This document shows, one piece after another, positions 1-13,360 of a stretch of 64,000 nucleotides of DNA. The stretch is from Eledone cirrhosa (Eukaryota), in the NCBI GenBank assembly GCA_964016885.1, contig OZ024762.1, positions 30,008,001 through 30,072,000 on the forward strand, written 5' to 3'. Numbering within the stretch: position 1 is the first letter of the stretch; every line of letters starts with the position of its first letter. The notes beneath the pieces are model-generated. The model was not told where the DNA came from. It did no database searches and saw only the letters and a program-made list of their open reading frames with translations. Both the position numbers and the translations under genes were made by a program.

Positions 1-539
1 AGAAGTAACTCCACTGTTGGTGAGAATTCATTTAAGTTCATGGTATTAGCTGTCAGAAGTAACTCCACTGTTGGTGAGAATTCATTTAAGTCATGGTATT
101 AGCTGTCAGAAGTAACTCCATTGTTGGTGAGAATTCATTTAAGTCATGGTACTAGCTGTCAGAAGTAACTCCACTGTTGGCGAGAATTCATTTAAGTTCA
201 TGGTACTAGCTGTCAGAAGTAACTCCACTGTTGGTGAGAATTCATTTAAGTTCATAGTACTAGCTGTCAGAAGTAACTCCACTGTTGGTGAGAATTCATT
301 TAAGTTCATGGTACTAGCTGTCAGAAGTAACTCCACTGTTGGTGAGAATTCATTTAAGTTCATGGTACTAGCTGTCAGAAGTAACTCCAATGTTGGTGAG
401 AATTCATTTAAGTTCATGGTATTAGTTGTCAGAAGTAACTCCAATGTTGGTGAGAATTCATTTAAGTTCATGGTACTAGCTGCCAGAAGTAACTCCACTG
501 TTGGTGAGAATTCATTTAAGTTCATGGTATTAGCTGTCA

Positions 540-3500
540 GAAGTAACTCCACTGTTGGTGAGAATTCATTTAAGTTGATGGTACTAGCTGTCAGAAGTAA
601 CTCCACTGTTGGTGAGAATTCATTTAAGTCATGGTATTAGCTGTCAGAAGTAACTCCAATGTTGGTGAGAATTCATTTAAGTCATGGTACTAGCTGTCAG
701 AAGTAACTCCAATGTTGGTGAGAATTCATATAAGTTCATGGTATTAGCTGTCAGAAGGAACTCCACTGTTGGTGAGAATTCATTTAAGTTCATGGTACTA
801 GCTGTCAGAAGTAACTCCACTGTTGGTGAGAATTCAGTTAAGTTCATGGTACTAGCTGTCAGAAGTAACTCCTCTGTTGGTGAGAATTCAGTTAAGTTCA
901 TGATATTAGCTGTCAGAAGGAACTCCACTGTTGGTGAGAATTCATTTAAGTTCATGGTATTAGCTGTCAGAAGTAACTCCACTGTTGGTGAGAATTCATT
1001 TAAGTTCATGGTACTAGCAGTCAGAAGTAACTCCACTGTTGGTGAGAATTCATTTAAGTTCATGGTACTAGCTGTCAGAAGTAACTACACTGTTGGTGAG
1101 AATTCAGTTATGTTCATGGTATTAGTTGTCAGAAGTAACTCCACTGTTGGTGAGAATTAATTTAAATCATGGTATTGGTTGTCAGAAGTAACTCCAATGT
1201 TGGTGAGAATTCATTTAAGTTCATGGTACTAGCTGTCAGAAGTAACTCCACTGTTGGTGAGAATTCATTTAAGTTCATGGTATTAGCTGTCAGAAGTAAC
1301 TCCACTGTTGGTGAGAATTCATTTAAGTCATGGTATTAGCTGTCAGAAGTAACTCCATTGTTGGTGAGAATTCATTTAAGTCATGGTACTAGCTGTCAGA
1401 AGTAACTCCACTGTTGGCGAGAATTCATTTAAGTTCATGGTACTAGCTGTCAGAAGTAACTCCACTGTTGGTGAGAATTCATTTAAGTTCATGGTACTAG
1501 CTGTCAGAAGTAACTCCACTGTTGGTGAGAATTCATTTAAGTTCATGGTACTAGCTGTCAGAAGTAACTCCACTGTTGGTGAGAAATCATTTAAGTTCAT
1601 GGTACTAGCTGTCAGAAGTAACTCCAATGTTGGTGAGAATTCATTTAAGTTCATGGTATTAGCTGTCAGAAGGAACTCCACTGTTGGTGAGAATTCATTT
1701 AAGTTCATGGTACTAGCTGTCAGAAGTAACTCCACTGTTGGTGAGAATTCATTTAAGTTCATGGTATTAGCTGTCAGAAGTAACTCCACTGTTGGTGAGA
1801 ATTCATTTAAGTCATGGTATTAGCTGTCAGAAGTAACTCCATTGTTGGTGAGAATTCATTTAGGTCATGGTACTAGCTGTCAGAAGTAACTCCACTGTTG
1901 GTGAGAATTCATTTAAGTTCATGGTACTAGCTGTCAGAAGTAACTCCACTGTTGGTGAGAATTCATTTAAGTTCATGGTATTAGCTGTCAGAAGTAACTC
2001 CACTGTTGGTGAGAATTCATTTAAGTTCATGGTATTAGTTGTCAGAAGTAACTCCAATGTTGGTGAGAATTCATTTAAGTTCATGTTACTAGCTGTCAGA
2101 AGTAACTCCACTGTTGGTGAGAATTCATTTAAGTTCATGGTATTAGCTATCAGAAGTAACTCCACTGTTGGTGAGAATTCATTTAAGTTGATGGTACTAG
2201 CTGTCAGAAGTAACTCCACTGTTGGTGAGAATTCATTTAAGTCATGGTATTAGCTGTCAGAAGTAACTCCAATGTTGGTGAGAATTCATTTAAGTCATGG
2301 TACTAGCTGTCAGAAGTAACTCCAATGTTGGTGAGAATTCATATAAGTTCATGGTATTAGCTGTCAGAAGGAACTCCACTGTTGGTGAGAATTCATTTAA
2401 GTTCATGGTACTAGCTGTCAGAAGTAACTCCACTGTTGGTGAGAATTCAGTTAAGTTCATGGTACTAGCTGTCAGAAGTAACTCCTCTGTTGGTGAGAAT
2501 TCAGTTAAGTTCATGGTATTAGCTGTCAGAAGGAACTCCACTGTTGGTGAGAATTCATTTAAGTTCATGGTATTAGCTGTCAGAAGTAACTCCACTGTTG
2601 GTGAGAATTCATTTAAGTTCATGGTACTAGCAGTCAGAAGTAACTCCACTGTTGGTGAGAATTCATTTAAGTTCATGGTACTAGCTGTCAGAAGTAACTA
2701 CACTGTTGGTGAGAATTCAGTTATGTTCATGGTATTAGTTGTCAGAAGTAACTCCACTGTTGGTGAGAATTAATTTAAATCATGGTATTGGTTGTCAGAA
2801 GTAACTCCAATGTTGGTGAGAATTCATTTAAGTTCATGGTACTAGCTGTCAGAAGTAACTCCACTGTTGGTGAGAATTCATTTAAGTTCATGGTATTAGC
2901 TGTCAGAAGTAACTCCACTGTTGGTGAGAATTCATTTAAGTCATGGTATTAGCTGTCAGAAGTAACTCCATTGTTGGTGAGAATTCATTTAAGTCATGGT
3001 ACTAGCTGTCAGAAGTAACTCCACTGTTGGCGAGAATTCATTTAAGTTCATGGTACTAGCTGTCAGAAGTAACTCCACTGTTGGTGAGAATTCATTTAAG
3101 TTCATGGTACTAGCTGTCAGAAGTAACTCCACTGTTGGTGAGAATTCATTTAAGTTCATGGTACTAGCTGTCAGAAGTAACTCCACTGTTGGTGAGAAAT
3201 CATTTAAGTTCATGGTACTAGCTGTCAGAAGTAACTCCAATGTTGGTGAGAATTCATTTAAGTTCATGGTATTAGCTGTCAGAAGGAACTCCACTGTTGG
3301 TGAGAATTCATTTAAGTTCATGGTACTAGCTGTCAGAAGTAACTCCACTGTTGGTGAGAATTCATTTAAGTTCATGGTATTAGCTGTCAGAAGTAACTCC
3401 ACTGTTGGTGAGAATTCATTTAAGTCATGGTATTAGCTGTCAGAAGTAACTCCATTGTTGGTGAGAATTCATTTAGGTCATGGTACTAGCTGTCAGAAGT

Positions 3501-3780
3501 AACTCCACTGTTGGTGAGAATTCATTTAAGTTCATGGTACTAGCTGTCAGAAGTAACTCCACTGTTGGTGAGAATTCATTTAAGTTCATGGTATTAGCTG
3601 TCAGAAGTAACTCCACTGTTGGTGAGAATTCATTTAAGTTCATGGTATTAGTTGTCAGAAGTAACTCCAATGTTGGTGAGAATTCATTTAAGTTCATGTT
3701 ACTAGCTGTCAGAAGTAACTCCACTGTTGGTGAGAATTCATTTAAGTTCATGGTATTAGCTATCAGAAGTAACTCCACTG
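540..3780. repeat. Tandem duplication of a 1613-bp (30-monomer) block, 2 copies
   Basis: Constant 1613 offset: ORFs 684/2297, 1383/2996, 1867/3480; rare variants ttgatg 575/2188 and gctatc ~2148/3761. Confidence 0.9.
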
Positions 3781-6700
3781 TTTGTGAGAATTCATTTAAG
3801 TTCATGGTATTAGCTGTCAGAAGGAACTCTACTGTTGGTGAGAATTCATTTAAGTTCATGGTATTAGCTGTCAGAAGTAACTCCACTGTTGGTGAGAATT
3901 CATTTAAGTTCATGGTACTAGCTGTCAGAAGTAACTCCAATGTTGGTGAGAATTCATTTCAGTTCATGGTATTAGCTGTCAGACCTAACTCCACTGTTGG
4001 TGAGAATTCATTTAAGTTCATGGTATTAGCTGTCAGAAGTAACTCCACTGTTGGTGAGAATTCATTTAAGTTCATGGTACTAGCTGTCAGAAGTAACTCC
4101 ACTGTTGGTGAGAATTCATTTAAGTTCATGGTATTAGTTGATCAGAAGTAACTCCACTGTTGGTGAGAATTCATTTAAGTCATGGTATTAGTTGTCAGAA
4201 GTAACTCCAATGTTGGTGAGAATTCATTTAAGTTCATGGTACTAGCTGTCAGAAGTAACTCCACTGTTGGTGAGAATTCATTTAAGTTCATGGTATTAGC
4301 TGTCAGAAGTAACTCCACTGTTGGTGAGAATTCATTTAAGTTCATGGTACTAGCTGTCAGAAGTAACTCCACTGTTGGTGAGAATTCATTTAAGTCATGG
4401 TATTAGCTGTCAGAAGTAACTCCAATGTTGGTGAGAATTCATTTATGTCATGGTACTAGCTGTCAGAAGTAACTCCACTGTTGGTGAGAATTCATTTAAG
4501 TTCATGGTACTAGCTGTCAGAAGTAACTCCACTGTTGGTGAGAATTCATTTAAGTTCATGGTACTAGATGTCAGAAGTAACTCCACTGTTGGTGAGAATT
4601 CATTTAAGTCATGGTATTAGCTGTCAGAAGTAACTCCAATGTTGGTGAGAATTCATTTAAGTCATGGTACTAGCTGTCAGAAGTAACTCCAATGTTGGTG
4701 AGAATTCATATAAGTTCATGGTATTAGCTGTCAGAAGGAACTCCACTGTTGGTGAGAATTCATTTAAGTTCATGGTACTAGCTGTCAGAAGTAACTCCAC
4801 TGTTGGTGAGAATTCAGTTAAGTTCATGGTACTAGCTGTCAGAAGTAACTCCTCTGTTGGTGAGAATTCAGTTAAGTTCATGGTATTAGCTGTCAGAAGG
4901 AACTCCACTGTTGGTGAGAATTCATTTAAGTTCATGGTATTAGCTGTCAGAAGTAACTCCACTGTTGGTGAGAATTCATTTAAGTTCATGGTACTAGCAG
5001 TCAGAAGTAACTCCACTGTTGGTGAGAATTCATTTAAGTTCATGGTACTAGCTGTCAGAAGTAACTACACTGTTGGTGAGAATTCAGTTATGTTCATGGT
5101 ATTAGTTGTCAGAAGTAACTCCACTGTTGGTGAGAATTAATTTAAATCATGGTATTGGTTGTCAGAAGTAACTCCAATGTTGGTGAGAATTCATTTAAGT
5201 TCATGGTACTAGCTGTCAGAAGTAACTCCACTGTTGGTGAGAATTCATTTAAGTTCATGGTATTAGCTGTCAGAAGTAACTCCACTGTTGGTGAGAATTC
5301 ATTTAAGTCATGGTATTAGCTGTCAGAAGTAACTCCATTGTTGGTGAGAATTCATTTAAGTCATGGTACTAGCTGTCAGAAGTAACTCCACTGTTGGCGA
5401 GAATTCATTTAAGTTCATGGTACTAGCTGTCAGAAGTAACTCCACTGTTGGTGAGAATTCATTTAAGTTCATGGTACTAGCTGTCAGAAGTAACTCCACT
5501 GTTGGTGAGAATTCATTTAAGTTCATGGTACTAGCTGTCAGAAGTAACTCCACTGTTGGTGAGAAATCATTTAAGTTCATGGTACTAGCTGTCAGAAGTA
5601 ACTCCAATGTTGGTGAGAATTCATTTAAGTTCATGGTATTAGCTGTCAGAAGGAACTCCACTGTTGGTGAGAATTCATTTAAGTTCATGTTATTAGCTGT
5701 CAGAAGTAACTCCACTGTTGGTGAGAATTCATTTAAGTTCATGGTATTAGCTGTCAGAAGTAACTCCACTGTTGGTGAGAATTCATTTAAGTCATGGTAT
5801 TAGCTGTCAGAAGTAACTCCATTGTTGGTGAGAATTCATTTAGGTCATGGTACTAGCTGTCAGAAGTAACTCCACTGTTGGTGAGAATTCATTTAAGTTC
5901 ATGGTACTAGCTGTCAGAAGTAACTCCACTGTTGGTGAGAATTCATTTAAGTTCATGGTATTAGCTGTCAGAAGTAACTCCACTGTTGGTGAGAATTCAT
6001 TTAAGTTCATGGTATTAGTTGTCAGAAGTAACTCCAATGTTGGTGAGAATTCATTTAAGTTCATGTTACTAGCTGTCAGAAGTAACTCCACTGTTGGTGA
6101 GAATTCATTTAAGTTCATGGTATTAGCTATCAGAAGTAACTCCACTGTTGGTGAGAATTCATTTATGTTCATGGTATTAACTGTCAGAAGTAACTCCACT
6201 GTTGGTGAGAATTCATTTAAGTCATGGTATTAGCTGTCAGAAGTAACTCCAATGTTGGTGAGAATTCATTTAAGTTCATGGTATTAGCTGTCAGAAGGAA
6301 CTCTACTGTTGGTGAGAATTCATTTAAGTTCATGGTATTAGCTGTCAGAAGTAACTCCACTGTTGGTGAGAATTCATTTAAGTTCATGGTACTAGCTGTC
6401 AGAAGTAACTCCAATGTTGGTGAGAATTCATTTAAGTTCATGGTATTAGCTGTCAGACGTAACTCCACTGTTGGTGAGAATTCATTTAAGTTCATGGTAT
6501 TAGCTGTCAGAAGTAACTCCACTGTTGGTGAGAATTCATTTAAGTTCATGGTACTAGCTGTCAGAAGTAACTCCACTGTTGGTGAGAATTCATTTAAGTT
6601 CATGGTATTAGTTGATCAGAAGTAACTCCACTGTTGGTGAGAATTCATTTAAGTCATGGTATTAGTTGTCAGAAGTAACTCCAATGTTGGTGAGAATTCA

Positions 6701-9700
6701 TTTAAGTTCATGGTACTAGCTGTCAGAAGTAACTCCACTGTTGGTGAGAATTCATTTAAGTTCATGGTATTAGCTGTCAGAAGTAACTCCACTGTTGGTG
6801 AGAATTCATTTAAGTTCATGGTACTAGCTGTCAGAAGTAACTCCACTGTTGGTGAGAATTCATTTAAGTCATGGTATTAGCTGTCAGAAGTAACTCCAAT
6901 GTTGGTGAGAATTCATTTAAGTCATGGTACTAGCTGTCAGAAGTAACTCCACTGTTGGTGAGAATTCATTTAAGTTCATGGTACTAGCTGTCAGAAGTAA
7001 CTCCACTGTTGGTGAGAATTCATTTAAGTCATGGTATTAGCTGTCAGAAGTAACTCCAATGTTGGTGAGAATTCATTTAAGTCATGGTACTAGCTGTCAG
7101 AAGTAACTCCAATGTTGGTGAGAATTCATTTAAGTTCATGGTATTAGCTGTCAGAAGGAACTCCACTGTTGGTGAGAATTCATTTAAGTTCATGGTACTA
7201 GCTGTCAGAAGTAACTCCACTGTTGGTGAGATTTCAGTTAAGTTCATGGTACTCGCTGTCAGAAGTAACTCCTCTGTTGGTGAGAATTCAGTTAAGTTCA
7301 TGGTATTAGCTGTCAGAAGTAACTCCACTGTTGGTGAGAATTCATTTAAGTCATGGTACTAGCTGTCAGAAGTAACTCCAATGTTGGTGAGAATTCATTT
7401 AAGTTCATGGTATTAGCTGTCAGAAGGAACTCCACTGTTGGTGAGAATTCATTTAAGTTCATGGTACTAGCTGTCAGAAGTAACTCCACTGTTGGTGAGA
7501 ATTCATTTAAGTTCATGGTACTAGCTGTCAGAAGTAACTCCACTGTTGGTGAGAATTCATTGAAGTTCATGGTACTAGCTGTCAGAAGTAACTCCACTGT
7601 TGTTGAGAATTCATTTAAGTTCATGGTACTAGCTGTCAGAAGTAACTCCAATGTTGGTGAGAATTCATTTAAGTTCATGGTATTAGCTGTCAGAAGGAAC
7701 TCCATTGTTGGTGAGAATTCATTTAAGTTCATGGTATTAGCTGTCAGAAGTAACTACACTGTTGGTGAGAATTCATTTAAGTTCATGGTACTAGCTGTCA
7801 GAAGTAACTCCACTGTTGGTGAGAATTCATTTAAGTTCATGGTATTAGTTGATCAGAAGTAACTCCACTGTTGGTGAGAATTCATTTAAGTCATGGTATT
7901 AGTTGTCAGAAGTAACTCCAATGTTGGTGAGAATTCATTTAAGTTCATGGTACTAGCTGTCAGAAGTAACTCCACTGTTGGTGAGAATTCATTTAAGTTC
8001 ATGGTATTAGCTGTCAGAAGTAACTCCACTGTTGGTGAGAATTCATTTAAGTTCATGGTACTAGCTGTCAGAAGTAACTCCACTGTTGGTGAGAATTCAT
8101 TTAAGTCATGGTATTAGCTGTCAGAAGTAACTCCAATGTTGGTGAGAATTCATTTAAGTCATGGTACTAGCTGTCAGAAGTAACTCCACTGTTGGTGAGA
8201 ATTCATTTAAGTTCATGGTACTAGCTGTCAGAAGTAACTCCACTGTTGGTGAGAATTCATTTAAGTCATGGTATTAGCTGTCAGAAGTAACTCCAATGTT
8301 GGTGAGAATTCATTTAAGTCATGGTACTAGCTGTCAGAAGTAACTCCAATGTTGGTGAGAATTCATTTAAGTTCATGGTATTAGCTGTCAGAAGGAACTC
8401 CACTGTTGGTGAGAATTCATTTAAGTTCATGGTATTAGCTGTCAGAAGTAACTCCACTGTTGGTGAGAATTCATTTAAGTTCATGGTATTAGTTGTCAGA
8501 AGTAACTCCAATGTTGGTGAGAATTCATTTAAGTTCATGTTACTAGCTGTCAGAAGTAACTCCACTGTTGGTGAGAATTCATTTAAGTTCATGGTATTAG
8601 CTATCAGAAGTAACTCCACTGTTGGTGAGAATTCATTTATGTTCATGGTATTAACTGTCAGAAGTAACTCCACTGTTTGTGAGAATTCATTTAAATTCAT
8701 GGTATTAGCTGTCAGAAGGAACTCTACTGTTGGTGAGAATTCATTTAAGTTCATGGTATTAGCTGTCAGAAGTAACTCCACCGTTGGTGAGAATTCATTT
8801 AAGTTCATGGTACTAGCTGTCAGAAGTAACTCCAATGTTGGTGAGAATTCATTTAAGTTCATGGTATTAGCTGTCAGACCTAACTCCACTGTTGGTGAGA
8901 ATTCATTTAAGTTCATGGTATTAGCTGTCAGAAGTAACTCCACTGTTGGTGAGAATTCATTTAAGTTCATGGTACTAGCTGTCAGAAGTAACTCCACTGT
9001 TGGTGAGAATTCATTTAAGTTCATGGTATTAGTTGATCAGAAGTAACTCCACTGTTGGTGAGAATTCATTTAAGTCATGGTATTAGTTGTCAGAAGTAAC
9101 TCCAATGTTGGTGAGAATTCATTTAAGTTCATGGTACTAGCTGTCAGAAGTAACTCCACTGTTGGTGAGAATTCATTTAAGTTCATGGTATTAGCTGTCA
9201 GAAGTAACTCCACTGTTGGTGAGAATTCATTTAAGTTCATGGTACTAGCTGTCAGAAGTAACTCCACTGTTGGTGAGAATTCATTTAAGTCATGGTATTA
9301 GCTGTCAGAAGTAACTCCAATGTTGGTGAGAATTCATTTAAGTCATGGTACTAGCTGTCAGAAGTAACTCCACTGTTGGTGAGAATTCATTTAAGTTCAT
9401 GGTACTAGCTGTCAGAAGTAACTCCACTGTTGGTGAGAATTCATTTAAGTTCATGGTACTAGCTGTCAGAAGTAACTCCACTGTTGGTGAGAATTCATTT
9501 AAGTCATGGTATTAGCTGTCAGAAGTAACTCCAATGTTGGTGAGAATTCATTTAAGTCATGGTACTAGCTGTCAGAAGTAACTCCAATGTTGGTGAGAAT
9601 TCATATAAGTTCATGGTATTAGCTGTCAGAAGGAACTCCACTGTTGGTGAGAATTCATTTAAGTTCATGGTACTAGCTGTCAGAAGTAACTCCACTGTTG

Positions 9701-12700
9701 GTGAGAATTCAGTTAAGTTCATGGTACTAGCTGTCAGAAGTAACTCCTCTGTTGGTGAGAATTCAGTTAAGTTCATGGTATTAGCTGTCAGAAGGAACTC
9801 CACTGTTGGTGAGAATTCATTTAAGTTCATGGTATTAGCTGTCAGAAGTAACTCCACTGTTGGTGAGAATTCATTTAAGTTCATGGTACTAGCAGTCAGA
9901 AGTAACTCCACTGTTGGTGAGAATTCATTTAAGTTCATGGTACTAGCTGTCAGAAGTAACTACACTGTTGGTGAGAATTCAGTTATGTTCATGGTATTAG
10001 TTGTCAGAAGTAACTCCACTGTTGGTGAGAATTAATTTAAATCATGGTATTGGTTGTCAGAAGTAACTCCAATGTTGGTGAGAATTCATTTAAGTTCATG
10101 GTACTAGCTGTCAGAAGTAACTCCACTGTTGGTGAGAATTCATTTAAGTTCATGGTATTAGCTGTCAGAAGTAACTCCACTGTTGGTGAGAATTCATTTA
10201 AGTCATGGTATTAGCTGTCAGAAGTAACTCCATTGTTGGTGAGAATTCATTTAAGTCATGGTACTAGCTGTCAGAAGTAACTCCACTGTTGGCGAGAATT
10301 CATTTAAGTTCATGGTACTAGCTGTCAGAAGTAACTCCACTGTTGGTGAGAATTCATTTAAGTTCATGGTACTAGCTGTCAGAAGTAACTCCACTGTTGG
10401 TGAGAATTCATTTAAGTTCATGGTACTAGCTGTCAGAAGTAACTCCACTGTTGGTGAGAAATCATTTAAGTTCATGGTACTAGCTGTCAGAAGTAACTCC
10501 AATGTTGGTGAGAATTCATTTAAGTTCATGGTATTAGCTGTCAGAAGGAACTCCACTGTTGGTGAGAATTCATTTAAGTTCATGTTATTAGCTGTCAGAA
10601 GTAACTCCACTGTTGGTGAGAATTCATTTAAGTTCATGGTACTAGCTGTCAGAAGTAACTCCACTGTTGGTGAGAATTCATTTAAGTTCATGGTATTAGC
10701 TGTCAGAAGTAACTCCACTGTTGGTGAGAATTCATTTAAGTCATGGTATTAGCTGTCAGAAGTAACTCCATTGTTGGTGAGAATTCATTTAGGTCATGGT
10801 ACTAGCTGTCAGAAGTAACTCCACTGTTGGTGAGAATTCATTTAAGTTCATGGTACTAGCTGTCAGAAGTAACTCCACTGTTGGTGAGAATTCATTTAAG
10901 TTCATGGTATTAGCTGTCAGAAGTAACTCCACTGTTGGTGAGAATTCATTTAAGTTCATGGTATTAGTTGTCAGAAGTAACTCCAATGTTGGTGAGAATT
11001 CATTTAAGTTCATGTTACTAGCTGTCAGAAGTAACTCCACTGTTGGTGAGAATTCATTTAAGTTCATGGTATTAGCTATCAGAAGTAACTCCACTGTTGG
11101 TGAGAATTCATTTATGTTCATGGTATTAACTGTCAGAAGTAACTCCACTGTTGGTGAGAATTCATTTAAGTCATGGTATTAGCTGTCAGAAGTAACTCCA
11201 ATGTTGGTGAGAATTCATTTAAGTTCATGGTATTAGCTGTCAGAAGGAACTCTACTGTTGGTGAGAATTCATTTAAGTTCATGGTATTAGCTGTCAGAAG
11301 TAACTCCACTGTTGGTGAGAATTCATTTAAGTTCATGGTACTAGCTGTCAGAAGTAACTCCAATGTTGGTGAGAATTCATTTAAGTTCATGGTATTAGCT
11401 GTCAGACGTAACTCCACTGTTGGTGAGAATTCATTTAAGTTCATGGTATTAGCTGTCAGAAGTAACTCCACTGTTGGTGAGAATTCATTTAAGTTCATGG
11501 TACTAGCTGTCAGAAGTAACTCCACTGTTGGTGAGAATTCATTTAAGTTCATGGTATTAGTTGATCAGAAGTAACTCCACTGTTGGTGAGAATTCATTTA
11601 AGTCATGGTATTAGTTGTCAGAAGTAACTCCAATGTTGGTGAGAATTCATTTAAGTTCATGGTACTAGCTGTCAGAAGTAACTCCACTGTTGGTGAGAAT
11701 TCATTTAAGTTCATGGTATTAGCTGTCAGAAGTAACTCCACTGTTGGTGAGAATTCATTTAAGTTCATGGTACTAGCTGTCAGAAGTAACTCCACTGTTG
11801 GTGAGAATTCATTTAAGTCATGGTATTAGCTGTCAGAAGTAACTCCAATGTTGGTGAGAATTCATTTAAGTCATGGTACTAGCTGTCAGAAGTAACTCCA
11901 CTGTTGGTGAGAATTCATTTAAGTTCATGGTACTAGCTGTCAGAAGTAACTCCACTGTTGGTGAGAATTCATTTAAGTCATGGTATTAGCTGTCAGAAGT
12001 AACTCCAATGTTGGTGAGAATTCATTTAAGTCATGGTACTAGCTGTCAGAAGTAACTCCAATGTTGGTGAGAATTCATTTAAGTTCATGGTATTAGCTGT
12101 CAGAAGGAACTCCACTGTTGGTGAGAATTCATTTAAGTTCATGGTACTAGCTGTCAGAAGTAACTCCACTGTTGGTGAGATTTCAGTTAAGTTCATGGTA
12201 CTCGCTGTCAGAAGTAACTCCTCTGTTGGTGAGAATTCAGTTAAGTTCATGGTATTAGCTGTCAGAAGTAACTCCACTGTTGGTGAGAATTCATTTAAGT
12301 CATGGTACTAGCTGTCAGAAGTAACTCCAATGTTGGTGAGAATTCATTTAAGTTCATGGTATTAGCTGTCAGAAGGAACTCCACTGTTGGTGAGAATTCA
12401 TTTAAGTTCATGGTACTAGCTGTCAGAAGTAACTCCACTGTTGGTGAGAATTCATTTAAGTTCATGGTACTAGCTGTCAGAAGTAACTCCACTGTTGGTG
12501 AGAATTCATTGAAGTTCATGGTACTAGCTGTCAGAAGTAACTCCACTGTTGTTGAGAATTCATTTAAGTTCATGGTACTAGCTGTCAGAAGTAACTCCAA
12601 TGTTGGTGAGAATTCATTTAAGTTCATGGTATTAGCTGTCAGAAGGAACTCCATTGTTGGTGAGAATTCATTTAAGTTCATGGTATTAGCTGTCAGAAGT

Positions 12701-13360
12701 AACTACACTGTTGGTGAGAATTCATTTAAGTTCATGGTACTAGCTGTCAGAAGTAACTCCACTGTTGGTGAGAATTCATTTAAGTTCATGGTATTAGTTG
12801 ATCAGAAGTAACTCCACTGTTGGTGAGAATTCATTTAAGTCATGGTATTAGTTGTCAGAAGTAACTCCAATGTTGGTGAGAATTCATTTAAGTTCATGGT
12901 ACTAGCTGTCAGAAGTAACTCCACTGTTGGTGAGAATTCATTTAAGTTCATGGTATTAGCTGTCAGAAGTAACTCCACTGTTGGTGAGAATTCATTTAAG
13001 TTCATGGTACTAGCTGTCAGAAGTAACTCCACTGTTGGTGAGAATTCATTTAAGTCATGGTATTAGCTGTCAGAAGTAACTCCAATGTTGGTGAGAATTC
13101 ATTTAAGTCATGGTACTAGCTGTCAGAAGTAACTCCACTGTTGGTGAGAATTCATTTAAGTTCATGGTACTAGCTGTCAGAAGTAACTCCACTGTTGGTG
13201 AGAATTCATTTAAGTCATGGTATTAGCTGTCAGAAGTAACTCCAATGTTGGTGAGAATTCATTTAAGTCATGGTACTAGCTGTCAGAAGTAACTCCAATG
13301 TTGGTGAGAATTCATTTAAGTTCATGGTATTAGCTGTCAGAAGGAACTCCACTGTTGGTG
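3590..13360. repeat. Tandem duplication of a ~4.9-kb (91-92 monomer) block, 2 copies differing by single-monomer indels
   Basis: Offset 4895: agacct 3981/8876, ORFs 4182/9077, 4664/9559, 5363/10258. The offset becomes 4949 (+54) after one extra monomer inside 10258-10752: 5847/10796, 6224/11173, 6656/11605, 7084/12033, 7353/12302, 7893/12842. Confidence 0.9.

Noticed and set aside
1-54. Assignment to a named satellite family or species
   Set aside because: I cannot match the monomer from memory with confidence; a database search is required.
381-395. CCAAT boxes in ccaAt monomers as promoter elements
   Set aside because: A single-base satellite variant with poor NF-Y flanks (CT upstream rather than purines) and no gene nearby.
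1858-1866. TTTAGG/TTAGG as telomeric repeat
   Set aside because: Isolated point variant of tttaag; never tandem.
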